Of a stretch of 64,000 nt of DNA, positions 40,201 to 55,200 are shown in pieces. Positions within the stretch are counted from its first letter, which is position 1. The number at the start of each line of letters is the position of its first letter. Location: positions 360,158,001 through 360,222,000 of the forward strand of contig NC_091978.1 of assembly GCF_044704955.1 (NCBI RefSeq). Reading direction: 5' to 3'. The position numbers and the translations under genes were made by a program. The notes under the pieces were generated by a model. That model was not told the DNA's origin, did not search any database, and saw nothing but the letters and a program-made list of their open reading frames with translations. This DNA is from Pristiophorus japonicus (taxonomy: Eukaryota).

Positions 40201-43200
40201 TTGTTACTTTTCATGTTAGAATTATTTGGTTTCCTTATTTTAGAAAGATTTGTTGGAAGACATCACAGTCTTAAATGATCAATACCCTTACTGAATGTTA
40301 ACACCTTTTGTCTTTCATGTGAAAGGTCGATTGCTTTAGTATTTTCCTCCTCATCCTGCCTCACTGGGAGTTTTCTGAGGAAAAGGTGAGTGGGACAGAA
40401 GCTATAAATCGATGTGATGTGCAACAGATTTATTATAGTCTGACTTTGAAGTATGAGAAGAGAGGAAGAACTTGCATTTATATACCACCTTTCACAAACT
40501 CAGGATGTCCCAAAGCGCTTTACAGCCCAAAGAAGTACGTCTGAAGTGTAGTCACTGTTGTAATGTAGGAAATGCAGCAGCCAATTTGTACACAGCAAGC
40601 TCCCAAAAAGAGCAATGTGATAATCACCAGATTATCTGTTGTAGTGATTATGGTTGAGAGATAAATATTGGCCTGGACACCGGGGATAGCTCCCCTGCTT
40701 CTCTTCGAAATAGTGCTGTGGGATCTTTTACATCCAACTGAGAGTCTCTGTTGAACATCTCATCCAAATGACGGCACCTCCGACAGTGCAGCACTCCCTC
40801 AGTATTGCCCTGGAGTGTCAGCCTAGAGTTTTGTGCCCCAGACTCTGGAGTGGGACTTGAACCCACGACCTTCTGACTCAGACGAGAGTGCTACCCACTG
40901 AGTGAGCCACTGGTTTCCACCAGGCTACTGAAATGTGTTGTGAAGGTTAAATTCTTAGCATGTTGGTGGTAAAGCTAAACTGATTCATCATCTTGCAGTT
41001 ACTATTAATTTTTTAACTTGGTATTGATAGGAAAAAAAAAATGTTAGTTAATAACCTTACTGAAAAAAATACAGCTGATGACAAGAATGGTGCATTGGGT
41101 AAAAATCAGATTGACTCTTAGCGTCAAAGGGAAACTATCAGCCGGTGATTCGTGTTACGAGTGGTCGAAGGAAAACAGAAAATGTTTTGGACTTGGATCA
41201 GAGATGTGCTTAAATGAAGGACTTGGAATAAAACAAAAAACAAAGACTTGCATTTATATAGCGCCTTTCATGACCGCTGGACGCCCCAAAGCGATTTACA
41301 GCCAATTAAGTACATTTTGAAGTGTAGTCGCTGTTGTAATGTAGGAAATGCAGCAGCCAATTTGCGCACAGCAATTTCACACAAACAGCAATGTGATAAT
41401 GACCAGATAATCTGTTTTTGTGATGTTGATTGAGGGATAAATATTGGCCCAGGACACTGGGGAGAACTCCCCCGCTCTTCAAAATAATACTATGGGATCT
41501 TTTACGTCCACCTCAGTGAGCAGACAGGGTCTAGGTTTAACATTTCATCTGAAAGGTGGCATCTCCAACAGTGCAGCACTCCCTTAGTCCTGCACTGGAG
41601 GGTCAGCCTAGAATTTTGTGTTCAAGTCTCTGGAGTGGGACTTGAACCCACAATCTTCTGACTCAGAGGTGCGAGGCTCTGAGGAGGTTGTCAACTGAGC
41701 CACAGCTGACACAATTATATGAGGCAACTTTCCTTCTGTTGTGAAGTATTGTATTGCAGGCGTAAAGTTTTGATGTTTACCTTACAGTGATGGAGACCAG
41801 CGCAAAATGGGGAGCGATCTTGTGAGTGTTGATGTGGAAGCAGCCAGTGAAATATTTGGGAAGCTTACCGCAGAGGACTGGATTGTCAACAGGGTAAGTA
41901 TTTGCAGTGCCTCGTTGAGATGTTTAAATAATTCATGTTTTCAACTTGTGAGTACTGCGCATCCATTGCAGTGTGTGAAATACATATCTACATTATCCAC
42001 CTTACAGCATTTAGTTTTGTTCGTTGTTCACGTTAAATGAAATGATTAAAATTGGAGTTATGAAGCTAGATGAAACAACCTAATGCTCTAAATATAAAGG
42101 TAGAACTTGAATACCCCGTGCCTTCTCCGTGCTCATCTTGTCCATGAGACCAACACGAGGGAAAAATCTACTTAACCTTGTCCTCACCAATCTACCTGTC
42201 ACAGATGCATCTGTCCATGACAGCATTGGTAGCAGTCACCACTACACAGTCCTTGTAGAGTCAACGTCCCGTCTTTACACTGAGCACACCCTCCATTGTG
42301 TTGTGTGGCACTACCACTGTGCTAAATGGGATAGATTCAGAACAGATCTAGCAGCTCAAAATTACCATCAAGCCCAGGGACCAATCCTGGTTCAATGAGG
42401 AGTGTAGAAGAACACTCCAGGAGCAGCACCAGACAATGAGGTGCCAACCTGGGGAAGCTGCAACACATGACTACATGCATGCTAAGCAGCGGAAGCAGCA
42501 TGCTATAGACAGAGCTAAACAATCCCACAATCAACGGATCAGATCAAAGCTTTGCAGTCCTGTCACATCCAGTCGTGAATGGTGTTGGACCATTAAGCAA
42601 CTAACGGGAGGAGGCTCCATGAATATCCCTATCCTCAATGATGGCAGAGCCCAGCACGTGAGTGCAAGAGACAAGGCTGAAGCGTTTGCAATCATCTCCA
42701 GCCAGAAATGCCGATCGGCTTCCTCCTGAGGTCCCCACCATCACAGAAGCCAGTCTTCAGCCAATTCAATTCACTCCACATGATATCAAGAAATGGCTGA
42801 GAGCACTGGATGCAGCAAAGACTATAGGCCCCGACAACATCCTGGAGCTCGTGCTGAAGACTTGTGCTCCGGAACTAGCCTACCTCTAGCCAAGCTGTTC
42901 CAGTACAGCTACAACACTGGCATCTACCCGACAATGTGGACAACAGTCCAGGTATGTCCTGTCCACAAAAAGCAGGACAAATTCAATCTGGCCAATTACC
43001 GACCCATCAGTCGACTCTCAATCATCAGCAAAGTGATGGAAGGTGTAATCAGCAGTGCTATCAAGTGGCACTTACTCACCATTAACCTGCTCCCCGATGC
43101 CCAGTTTGGGTTCCACTCGGTTCCAGACCTCATTACAGCCTTGGTCCAAACATGGACAAAAGAGCTTAATTCCAGAGGTGAGATGAAAGTGACTGCCCTC

Positions 43201-46200
43201 GACATCAAGGTCGCATTTGACCGAATGTGGCATCAAGGAGCCCTAGTAAAACTGAAGTCAATGGAATCGGGGGGGAAAACTGGCTGCAGTCATACCTAGC
43301 ACAAAGGAAGATGGTTGTGGTGGTTGGAGGTCAATCATCTCAGCCCCAGGACATCGCTGCAGGAGTTCCTCAGGGCAGTGTCCTCGGCCAAACCATCTTC
43401 AGCTGCTTCATCAATGACCTTCCCTCCATCATAAGTTCAGAAGTGGGGATATTCGCTGATGATTACACAATGTCCAGTGCCATTCACAATTCCTGAGATA
43501 ATGAAGCAGTCTGTACCCACTTGCACAGTATCTAAGCAGGCCACCCATGCAGTACCGGCACTCTGGAATCTTATTAAAGGAGCTAAGGTCACACTTGCTC
43601 ATTGTACACAGTCCTCAATTTAGCCCTTTATTATGAGTGTATCAGCAAGTAACATTCGCGCCGCACAAGTCCCAAGCAATAGCAACATAGAAAACAGAGA
43701 AATAGGTGCAGCAGTAGGCCATTCGGCCCTTCGAGCCTGCACCACCATTCAATAAGATCATGGCTGATCATTCACCTCAGTACCCCTTTCCTGCTTTCTC
43801 TCCATACCCCTTGATCCCTTTAGCTAAAAGGGCCATATTTAACTCCCTCTTGAATATATCCAATGAACTGGCATCAATGACTATCTCCAACAAGCGAAAG
43901 TCTAACCACCGCCCCTTGACATTCAACGGCATTACTATCGCCGAATCCCCCACCATCAATATCCTGGGGTCACCTTTGACCAGAAACATAACTGGACTAG
44001 CCACATAAATACTGTGGCAACAAGACCAGGCCAGAGGCTGGGCATTCTGTGGCAAGTGTCTCACCACCTGACTCCCTAAAGCCTTTCCACCATCTACAAG
44101 GCACAAGTTAGGAGTGTGATGGAATACTCTCCACTTGCCTGGATGAGTGCAGCTTGACACCATCCAGGACAAAGCAACCCACTTGATTGGCACCCCAATC
44201 CACCACCTTAAACGTTCACTCCCTCCACCAACAGCGTACCCTGGCTGCAGTGTATACCACCTTCACGTTCCCCTCCAAGTCACATACCACACTGACTTGA
44301 CAGTATATCGGCCGTCCCTTCATCGTTGCTGGGTCAAACTCCTGGAACTCCCTCCCTAACAGCACTGTGGGAGTACCTTCACCACACAGACTGCAGCGGT
44401 TCAAGGGCAAATTGGGATGGACAATAAATGCCGGCCTTGCCAGCGACGCCCACATCCCATGTACACATAACAAAAAGGACACATCTCCTGCTCCTTTGAC
44501 CCAATTCCTGCTAAACTGCTGACCATCCAACTTCCCTTCCTGGCCTCCATTTTAGCTGATATTGTTAATGGTTCTCTCTCCTCAGGTACTGCCCCTCTCT
44601 CCTTCAAATGTATCATCATCGCCCTACTCATCAAAAAATCTACCCTTGACCCCTCGTCCTTGTAAATTACCGACCCATCTCCAACCTTCTTTCCTCCCCA
44701 ACGTCCGTAAAAGCGTTGTCTCCTCCCAAATCCGTGCCCATCTTTCCCTGATCTTCATATTTGAATACTTCCAATCAGGTTTCCGCCCCTGCTACAGTAT
44801 CAAAACGGCTCTTGTCAAAGTCACAAGTGACTGTGATAAATTATCGCTCCTCGTCCTTCTCGACCTGTCTGCAGCCTTTGACATGGTTGACCACTCCATC
44901 CTCCTCCAGCGCCTCCCCACCATTGTCCAGCTGAGATGGACTGCACTCTCCTGGTTCCATTCTTAACTATCCAGTGGTAGCCAGAGAATCACCTGCAACG
45001 GCTTTTCTTCTCGCTCCCGCATTATTTCTGGTGTCCCTCAAAGATTTATCCTTGGCCTCCTCCTGCTCCTCATCTACATGTTGGCCCTTGTCAACACCAT
45101 CTAGAAACATGTCGGGTTCCACATGGAAGAAAGAAAGACTTGCATTTATATAGCACCTTTCATGACCACCGGACATCTCAAAGTGCTCTTGTAATGTGGG
45201 AAACACAGCAGCTAATTTGTGCAGAGCAAACTCCCACAAACAGCAATGTGATAATGATCAGATAATCTGTTTTTGTTCAGTTGATTGAGGGATTAATAGT
45301 AGCCAGGAGAACTCCTCTGTTCTTCTTCAAAAGAGTGCCATGGGATCTTTGTAAATCCACCTGAGAGCAGACAGGGCCTCGGTTTAATATCTCATTCGAA
45401 AGACTGCACCTCCGACAGTTCAACACTCCCTCAGCCCTGCACTGGGTGGAGTGTCAGTCTAGATTTTATGTGCTGAAGTCCCTGGAGTGGGACTTGAACC
45501 CACAACTTTCTGATTCACAGAGTGTGCTATCCCCTGAGCAGCAGTTGACATGTGTACACTGATGACATCCACTCCACCACCACCTCTCTCGACCCTGGCA
45601 ATTTCTCTAAATTGTCAGACTGCTTGTCCAACTTCCAATACTGGACAAGCAGAAATTTCCTCCAACTAAATATTGGGAAGACAGAAGCCATTGCCTTCGG
45701 TCTCTGTAACAAACTCTGTTCCCTAGCAACTGACTACTGCTGAAACCCTCATCCATGCCTTTGTTATCTCTAGACTTGACTCTTCCAACGCACTCCTGGC
45801 CAGCCTCCCATCTTCCATCTTCCATCCTACAACAATTGTACATTCCTGTCTGGCATAAAAATAAAAAAGGGAAGGTGGCTCAACCGTGGCTATCAAGGGA
45901 AATCAGGGATAGTATTAAAGCCAAGGAAGTGGCATACAAATTGGCCAGAAATAGCAGCGAACCTGGGGACTGGGAGAAATTTAGAACTCAGCAGAAGAGG
46001 ACAAAGGGTTTGATTAGGGCAGGGAAAATGGAGTACGAGAAGAAGCTTGCAGGGAACATTAAGACGGATTGCAAAAGTTTCTATAGATATGTAAAGAGAA
46101 AAAGGTTAGTAAAGACAAACGTAGGTCCCCTGCAGTCAGAATCAGGGGAAGTCATAACGGGGAACAAAGAAATGGCGGACCAATTGAACAAGTACTTTGG

Positions 46201-49200
46201 TTCGGTATTCACGAAGGAGGACACGAACAACCTTCCGGTTATAAAAGGGGTCGGGGGGTCTAGTAAGGAGGAGGAACTGAGGGAAATCCTCATTAGCCGG
46301 GAAATTGTGTTGGGGAAATTGATGGGATTGAAGGCCGATAAATCCCCAGGGCCTGATGGACTGCATCCCAGAGTACTTAAGGAGGTGGCCTTGGAAATAG
46401 TGGATGCGTTGACAGTCATTTTCCAACATTCCATTGACTCTGGATCAGTTCCTATAGAGTGGAGGGTAGCCAATGTAACCCCACTTTTTAAAAAAGGAGG
46501 GAGAGAGAAAACAGAGAATTATAGACCGGTCAGCCTGACATCGGTAGTGGGTAAAATGATGGAATCAATTATTAAGGATGTCATAGCAGCGCATTTGGAA
46601 CGATGTGACATGATAGGTCCAAGTCAGCATGGATTTGTGAAAGGGAAATCATGCTTGACAAATCTTCTGGAATTTTTTGAGGATGTTTCCAGTAGAGTGG
46701 ACAAGGGAGAACCAGTTGATGTGGTATATTTGGACTTTCAGAAGGCGTTCGACAAGGTCCCACACAAGAGATTGATGTGCAAAGTTAGAGCACATGGGAT
46801 TGGGGGTAGTGTGCTGACATGGATTGAGAACTGGTTGTCAGACAGGAAGCAAAGAGTAGGAGTAAATGGGTACTTTTCAGAATGGCAGGCAGTGACTAGT
46901 GGGGTACCGCAAGGTTCTGTGCTGGGGCCCCAGCTGTTTACACTGTACATTAATGATTTAGACGAGGGGATTAAATGTAGTATCTCCAAATTTGCGGATG
47001 ACACTAAGTTGGGTGGCAGTGTGAGCTGCGAGGAGGATGCTGTGAGGCTGCAGAGCGACTTGGATAGGTTAGGTGAGTGGGCAAATGCATGGCAGATGAA
47101 GTATAATGTGGATAAATGTGAGGTTATCCACTTTGGTGGTAAAAACAGAGAGACAGACTATTATCTGAATGGTGACAGATTAGGAAAAGGGGAGGTGCAA
47201 AGAGACCTGGGTGTCATGGTACATCAGTCATTGAAGGTTGGCATGCAGGTGCAGCAGGCGGTTAAGAAAGCAAATGGCATGTTGGCCATCATAGCAAGGG
47301 GATTTGAGTACAGGGGCAGGGAGGTATTGCTACAGTTGTACAGGGCATTGGTGAGGCCACACCTGGAGTATTGTGTACAGTTTTGGTCTCCTAACCTGAG
47401 GAAGGACATTCTTGCTATTGAGGGAGTGCAGCGAAGGTTCACCAGACTGATTCCCGGGATGGCGGGACTGACCTATCAAGAAAGACTGGATCAACTGGGC
47501 TTGTATTCACTGGAGTTCAGAAGAATGAGAGGGGACCTCATAGAAACATTTAAAATTCTGACGGGGTTAGACAGGTTAGATGCAGGAAGAATGTTCCCAA
47601 TGTTGGGGAAGTCCAGAACCAGAGGTCACAGTCTAAGGATAAGGGGTAAGCCATTTAGGACCGAGATGAGGAGAAACTTCTTCACCCAGAGAGTGGTGAA
47701 CCTGTGGAATTCTCTACCACAGAAAGTTGTTGAGGCCAATTCACTAAATATATTCAAAAAGGAGTTAGATGAGGTCCTTACTACTAGGGGGATCAAGGGG
47801 TATGGCGAGAAAGCAGGAATGGGGTACTGAAGTTGAATGTTCAGCCATGAACTCATTGAATGGCGGTGCAGGCTAGAAGGGCCGAATGGCCTACTCCTGC
47901 ACCTATTTTCTATGTTTCTATGTTTCTATAAACTTAAGCTCATCCAAAACTCGGCTGCCCATATTCTAATTTGCACAAATTCCCATTCACCCATCACCCA
48001 TGTGCTTGCTGACCTACATTGGCTCCCGGTTAAGCAATGCTTCTATTTTAAAATTCGCATCATTGTTTTCAAATTGCTCCATGGCCTCTCCCCTCCCTAT
48101 CTCTGTAACCTTCTCCAGCCCTACAACCTTCGAGATAGCTACACTCCTCCAATTTTGGCCTCTTGCGCATCCCCAATTTTAATCACTCCACCATTGGTGG
48201 TTGTGCCTTCAGCTGCCGAGGCCCAAAAACCTGGAATTCGCTCAGCGGATGACACTAAGTTGGGTGGCAGTGTGAGCTGCGAGGAGGATGCTATGAGGCT
48301 GCAGAGCGACTTGGATAGGTTAGGTGAGTGGGCAAATGTATGGCAGATGAAGTATAACGTGGATAAATGTGAGGTTATCCACTTTGGTGGTAAAAACAGA
48401 GAGACAGACTATTATCTGAATGGTGACAGATTAGGAAAAGGGGAGGTGCAACGAGACCTGGGTGTCATGGTACATCAGTCATTGAAGGTTGGCATGCAGG
48501 TACAGCAGGCGATTAAGAAAGCAAATGGCATGTTGGCCTTCATAGCGAAGGATTTTGAGTACAGGGGCAGGGAGGTGTTACTACAGTTGTACAGGTCCTT
48601 GGTGAGGCCACACCTGGAATATTGTGTACAGTTTTGGTCTCCTAACTTGAGGAAGGACATTATTGCTATTGAGGGAGTGCAGCGAAGGTTCACCAGACTG
48701 ATTCCCGGGATGGCGGGACTGACATATCAAGAAAGACTGGATCAACTGGGCTTATATTCACTGGAGTTCAGAAGAATGAGAGGGGATCTCATAGAAACGT
48801 TTAAAATTCTGATGGGTTTAGACAGGTTAGATGCAGGAAGAATGTTCCCAATGTTGGGGAAGTCCAGAACCAGGGGCATAAGCCATTTAGGACCGAGATG
48901 AGGAGAAACTTCTTCACCCAGAGAGTGGTGAACCTGTGGAATTCTCTACCACAGAAAGTTGTTGAGGCCAATTACTAAATATATTCAAAAAGGAGTTAGA
49001 TGTAGTCCTTACTACTAGGGGAATCAAGGGGTATGGCGAGAAAGCAGAAATGGGGCACTGAAGTTGCATGTTCAGCCATGATCTCATTGAATGGTGGTGC
49101 AGGCTCGAAGGGCCGAATGGCCTACTCCTGCACCTATTTTCTATGTTCTATGTTTTTATGTTTCGAACCTCTCTTTCCTCTTTTAAGACGCTCCTTAAAA

Positions 49201-52200
49201 CCTACCTCATTGACCCTGTGCTAATATCTCCTCATGAGGTTTGGTGCCAAATTTTGTTTGATTATGCTCCTATGAAGCGCCTTGGGACATTTTACCACGT
49301 TAAAGGTGCTATATAAATGCAAGTTGATGTTGTTATTCTTATGGCGCCTTTCACGTCCCTAGGATGCCCTAAAGCACTTTACACTTGCACTTTTTGAACT
49401 CTGTGATGGTTGTTTATTGAATTAAAATGAATGAACTAGTTATATATTGGTTCACAATTTTTATTAAATGTCATGGATTTGATTTACAGATAACTTCAAG
49501 CCTGGCGACAAAATTACTTCCAAATCTTTCGATGTTGCGTGTTGATAAAGAAGCATTGATGATTTACCTGATTCTGCCAGAGTGCTCCGTGATGCAGCAA
49601 GAGAAGAACATAGATGATCTGGTTCTGACCTATACGGCAGCCATTGCAGTGCTAGATAATGCTACAAAAAGCACTCTGGGTAAGAGAGCGCACGGCAATC
49701 CGCAAAGTAGCTCTTGTGCATTTATTCAGTTAGAGAGATCGAAATAGGTGTGGAGAAAAGGAAGGGTGTCAGTCCTGTAGCGCAGAACTGATCCTTAAAG
49801 GGAAGTAGGAATCTGCAATTGTCTGAAACTTTTGTCTTTGGTTATAAGTCAGTTCTCATAGAAACATAGAAGATAGGTGCAAGAGTAGGCCATTCGGCCC
49901 TTCGAGCCTGCACCGCTATTCAATGAGTTCATGGCTCATTTGGTTCGCATTGTTAGAAGAGCCCCCCCGAATCGCTCATGCAAATAACATTCAATTCTCC
50001 AATTCTAGAGCCTGCACCACCATTTAATAAGATCATGGCTGATCATTCCCTCAGTACCCCTTTCCTGCTTTCTCTCCATATCCCTTGATCCCCCCTAGCC
50101 GTAAAGGCCATATCTAATTCCCTCTTCAATATATCCAATGAACTGGCATCAACAACTCTCTGCGGCAAGGAATTCCACAGGTTAACAACTCTCTGAGTGA
50201 AGAAGTTTCTCCTCATCTCGGTCCTAAATGGCCTACTCCTTATCCTAAGACTGTGTCCCCTGGTACTGGAGTTCCCCAACATCGGGAACATTCTTCCCGC
50301 ATCTAACTTGTCCAATCCCGTCAGAATCTTATATGTTTCTATGAGATCCCTTCTCATCCTTCTAAATTCCAGTGTATAAAGGCCCAGTCGATCCAGTCTC
50401 TCCTCATATGTCAGTCCAGCCATCCCGGGAATCAGTCTGTTGAACCTTCGCTGCACTCCCTCAATAGCAAGAACGTCCTTCCTCAGATTAGGAGACCAAA
50501 GCTGAACACAATATTCCAGGTGAGGCCTCACCAAGGCCCTGCACAACTGCAGTAAGACCTCCCTGCTTATATACTCAAATCCCCTAGCTATGAAGGCCAA
50601 CATAGCATTTGCCTTCTTCACCGCCTGCTGTACCTGCATGCCAACTTTCAATGACTGATGAACCATGACACCCAGGTCTCGTTGCACCTCCCCTTTTCCT
50701 AATCTGCCGCCATTCAGATAATAATCTGCCTTTGTGTCTTTGCCCCCAAAGTGGATAACCTCACATTTATCCACATTATACTGCATCTGCCATGCATTTG
50801 CCCACTCACCTAACCTGTCCAAGTCACCCTGCAGCCTCTTAGCGTCCTCCTCACAGCTCACACCGCCACCCAGTTTAGTGTCAAATGCAAACTTGGAGAT
50901 ATTACACTCAATTCCTTCATCAAAATCATTAATGTATATTGTAAAGAGCTGGGGTCCCAGCACTGAACCCTGCGGCACTCCACTAGTCACTGTCTGCCAT
51001 TCTGAAAAGGACCCGTTTATCTCACAGCCTAAGGATAAGGGGTAAGCCATTTAGGACCGAGATGAGGAGAAACTTCTTCACCCAGAGAGTGGTGAACCTG
51101 TGGAATTCTCTAGCACAGAAAGTTGTTGAGGCCAATTCACTAAATATATTCAAAACGGAGTTAGATGAAGTCCTTACGACTAGGGGGATCAAGGGGTATG
51201 GCGAGAAAGCAGGAATGGGGTACTGAAGTTGCATGTTCAGCCATGAACTCATTGAATGGCGCTGCAGGCTCGAAGGGCCGAATGGCCTACTCCTGCACCT
51301 ATTTTCTATGTTTCTATGTTTCTATCCTGACTCTCTGCTTCCTGTCTGTCAACCAGTTCTCAATCCACGTCAGCACATTACCCCCAATACCATGTGCTTT
51401 GATTTTCGCACCAATCTCTTGTGTGGGACCTTGTCAAAAGCCTTTTGAAATTCCAAATACACCACATCCACTGGTTCTCCCTTGTCCACTCTGCTAGTTG
51501 CATCCTCAAAAAATTCCAGAAGATTTGTCAAGCATGATTTCCTTTTCATAAATTCATGCTGACTTGGACTGATCCTGTCACTGTTTTCCAAATGCGCTGC
51601 TATTTCATCCTTAATAATTGATTCCAACATTTTCCCCACTACTGATGTCAGGCTAACTGGTCTATAATTACCCGTTTTCTCTCTCCCTCCTTTTTTAAAA
51701 AGTGGTGTTACATTAGCTACCCTCCAGTCCATAGGAACTGATCCAGAGTCGATAGACTGTTGGAAAACGATCACCAATGCATCCACTATTTCTAGGGCCA
51801 CTTCCTTAAGTACTCTGGGATGCAGACCATCAGGTCCCGGGGATTTATCGGCCTTCAATCCCATCAATTTCCCTAACACAATTTCCCGCCTAATAAGGAT
51901 ACTCCTTCAGTTCCTCCTTCTCTCTAGACCCACTGTCCCCTAGTACTTCTGGAAGGTTATTTGTGTCTTCCTTCGTGAAGACAGAACTAAAGTATTTGTT
52001 CAATTGGCCTGCCATTTCTTTGTTCCTCATTATAAATTCACCTGAATCCGAGTGCAAGGCACTAATCTTTTTCTCTTCACATATCTGTAAAAGCTTTTGC
52101 AGTCAGTTTTTATGTTCCCTACAAGCTTCTTCTCGTACTCTCTTTTTCCCCTCTTAATTAAACCCTTTGTCCTCCTCTGCTGAATTCTAAATTTCTCCCA

Positions 52201-55200
52201 GTCCTCAGTTTTGCTGCTTTTTCTGGCCAATTTATATGCCTCTTTCTTCTATCCTTAATTTCCCTTGTTAGCCACGGTTGAGCCACCTTCCCCGTTTTAT
52301 TTTTACACTAGACAGGGATGTACAATTGTTGAAGTTCATCCATGTGATCTTTAAATGTTTGCCATTGCCTATCCACCATCAACCCTTTAAGTATCATTTG
52401 CCAGTCAATCCTAGCCAATTCACACCTCATACCATCGAAGTTACCTTTCCTTAAGTTCAGGACCCTCGTTTCTGAATTAACGTGTCACTCTCCATCTTAG
52501 TAAAGAATTCTACCATATTATGGTCACTCTTCCCCAAGTGGCCTCGCACAACAAGATTGCTAATTCGTCCTTTCTCATTACACGTCACCCAGTCGAGGAT
52601 GGCCAGCTCGCTAGTTGGTTCTTCCACATATTGGTCTAGAAAACCATCCCTAATACACTCCAGGAAATCCTCCTCCACTGCATTGCTACCAGTTTGTTTA
52701 CCCCATTCTATATGTAGATTAAAGTCACCCATGATAACTGCTGTACCCTTATTGCACGCATCCCTTATTTCTTGTTTGATGCTATCCCCAACCTCACTAT
52801 TACTGTTTGGTGGTCTGTACACAACTCCCACTAGTGTTTTCTGCCCTTTGGTATTCTGTAGCTCCACCCATACCTAGTCCACATCATCCAAGCTAATGTC
52901 CTTCTGTACTATTGTATTAAATTTCCTTTTTAACTAGTAATGCCACCCCGCCTCCTTTTCCTTTCTGTCTATCCTTCCTCAATGTTGAATACCCCTGGAT
53001 ATTGAGTTCCCAGCCTTAACGGAAATACCTGGTGGTCCTGGAGGATCATGGGATTGCGGTCGGAGGCCTAGTTTCGCAGTCCAGCGTATGGTACAGGTCT
53101 TCCAGGGTCATATGCGTATCCTGGGATCATGTGGGCCTGGATCACCAATCACTATGTATTCACATTGATAATAATGAGAACTCTGTTTGAGCTCCCATTA
53201 CTATCAATGGGAATACCCCGCAAAAACAAGAAACACAACACAACAAATAAAAAATGCCACCTCACATAGTTAAAATTAATTGAAATTAAATGTTTTAGAA
53301 CAAAAAATTATTTTTTTGAAATTTATTTTAAAGTGTTTTAATAGGGTTAAAAAGAAACTTGCCTTAATAGACAGGGTTTTTAATCTAAAATTAGTGATTA
53401 CATTTAATTTTTCTATATTTTAAAACTCTTACACTGCTAAAAGTAGGCTATACACCTGCTTTTATCAGGCATTTGAAGGACAGTTGCTGGGCAAGAGTTG
53501 GGTAAATAGCCCAATCTCTGGCCTATGGATGTCATTTATGAGGGGACGCGTGAGATCTGTCAGATCACTAAAGCCGGTTTTTGGCGCATGTACATCGCGC
53601 GGCGAGAACCAGCATTTGCGAGGTGCATGCGCACATCATGCGCGCCCGGAGGGGCCGCAAGTTTTGGCCCATTAAAACATGAGTTAGGCCACAGCTAGAG
53701 TACTGCGCGCAGTTCTGTTCACCACATTACAGGAAAGATATGATTGCACTGGAGCGGATACACAGGAGATTTACGAGTATGTTGCCTAGTCTGGAGAAAG
53801 ATGTGGAAGCAAGTCATCCTCGACTCCGAGGGACTGCCTAAGAAGGAGACAGGGAAGATGTGATTGCACTAGAGATGATACAGATGAGATTTACTAAGAT
53901 GTTGCCTGGACTGGAGAATTTTAGCTATGAGGAAAGATTGGATAGGCTGGGGTTTGTTTTTTTTGGAACAGAGGAGGCTGAGGGGTGATTTAATTGAGGT
54001 GTATACAATTATGAGGGGCCTAGATAGAGTGAATAGGAAGGGGGAATAGATTTAAAGTTATTGGTAGGGAGATTAGAGGGGAGTTGAGGAGAACTTGCTT
54101 TCACCCAGAGGGTGGTGGGAGTCTGGCACTCAATGCCTGAAAGACTGGTAGAGGCAGAAACCCTCATTGCATGTAAAAAGTACTTGGATATGCACTTGAA
54201 GTGCCGTAACCTACAGGGCTATGGACCAAGAGCTGGAAAGTGGATTTGGCTGGATAGCTCTTTTTCAGCCGGCACAGAAACAATGGGCCTGTTGTGGTGA
54301 AATAACCACTCTCGAGTCTGCTAGGTCCAAGCAAGTAAAGAGTTTATTCGAGTATATGCAAGGGAGTAGGTCTCAGTTATCTGACGTACCTTTCACAACA
54401 CTACGGAGGTTGCAGCATATATTTATAGTACGCAAGTTCATGTAACTTGGTTTCGTAACAGTCATAAATCAGTACAGACACTATTCCAACCCTTATATCA
54501 CATGATGAGTTTTACAACCCAGTTAATCAATTGAGTTATTCAGGCCCAGCAGATGTCTCCTGTTATCCTTACTCTTTCTAGCCTTGGGTCTCCCATTCCT
54601 ATGGTAACTCCTGTCTGGCCTTCATTCTCCCTATCTCCTTGTTCTGAACATAACAATAATATGTTTTCTAAAGCTTCTAAATGAGCTAGCTGTCTCTAAA
54701 GATATCCTTGGTCAAGTATCCCATCATGCCGATACGAGGAGCCACTACCATCTACTCATCATCATCATAGGCAGTCCCTTGGAATCGAGAAAGACTTTCT
54801 TACACTTAAAAAAAAAGTCCTTAGGTGGCTGAACAGTCCAATACAAGAACCACAGTCCCTGTCACACGTGGGACAGATAGTTGTTGAGGGAAAGGGTGGG
54901 TGGAACTGGTTTGCCGCGTGCTCTGAAGCATCGAAGCACTGACCACACTTGATCAGCTCCGCTGGGTGGGCCACATCGTTCGCATGCCAGACAAGAGACT
55001 CCCAAAGCAAGCGCTCTACTTGGAACTCCTTCACGACAAACGAGCCAAAGGTGGGCAGAGCAAACGTTAGAGGCACCCTGAAAGCCTCCCTGAAAAAGTG
55101 CAACATTCCCACTGACACCGGGGAGAACCTGGCCAAAGACCACCCTGAGTGGAGGAAGTGCATCCGGGAGGGTGCTGAGCACCTTGAGTCTCATCGCCGA

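Noticed and set aside
40850-40910. tRNA gene
   Set aside because: It is the tRNA-derived head of a SINE; no complete cloverleaf is evident.
45755-47830. 691-aa ORF as a host or domesticated gene
   Set aside because: It is a 5'-truncated CR1 RT with near-identical copies nearby, and its N-terminus comes from flanking L2 sequence.
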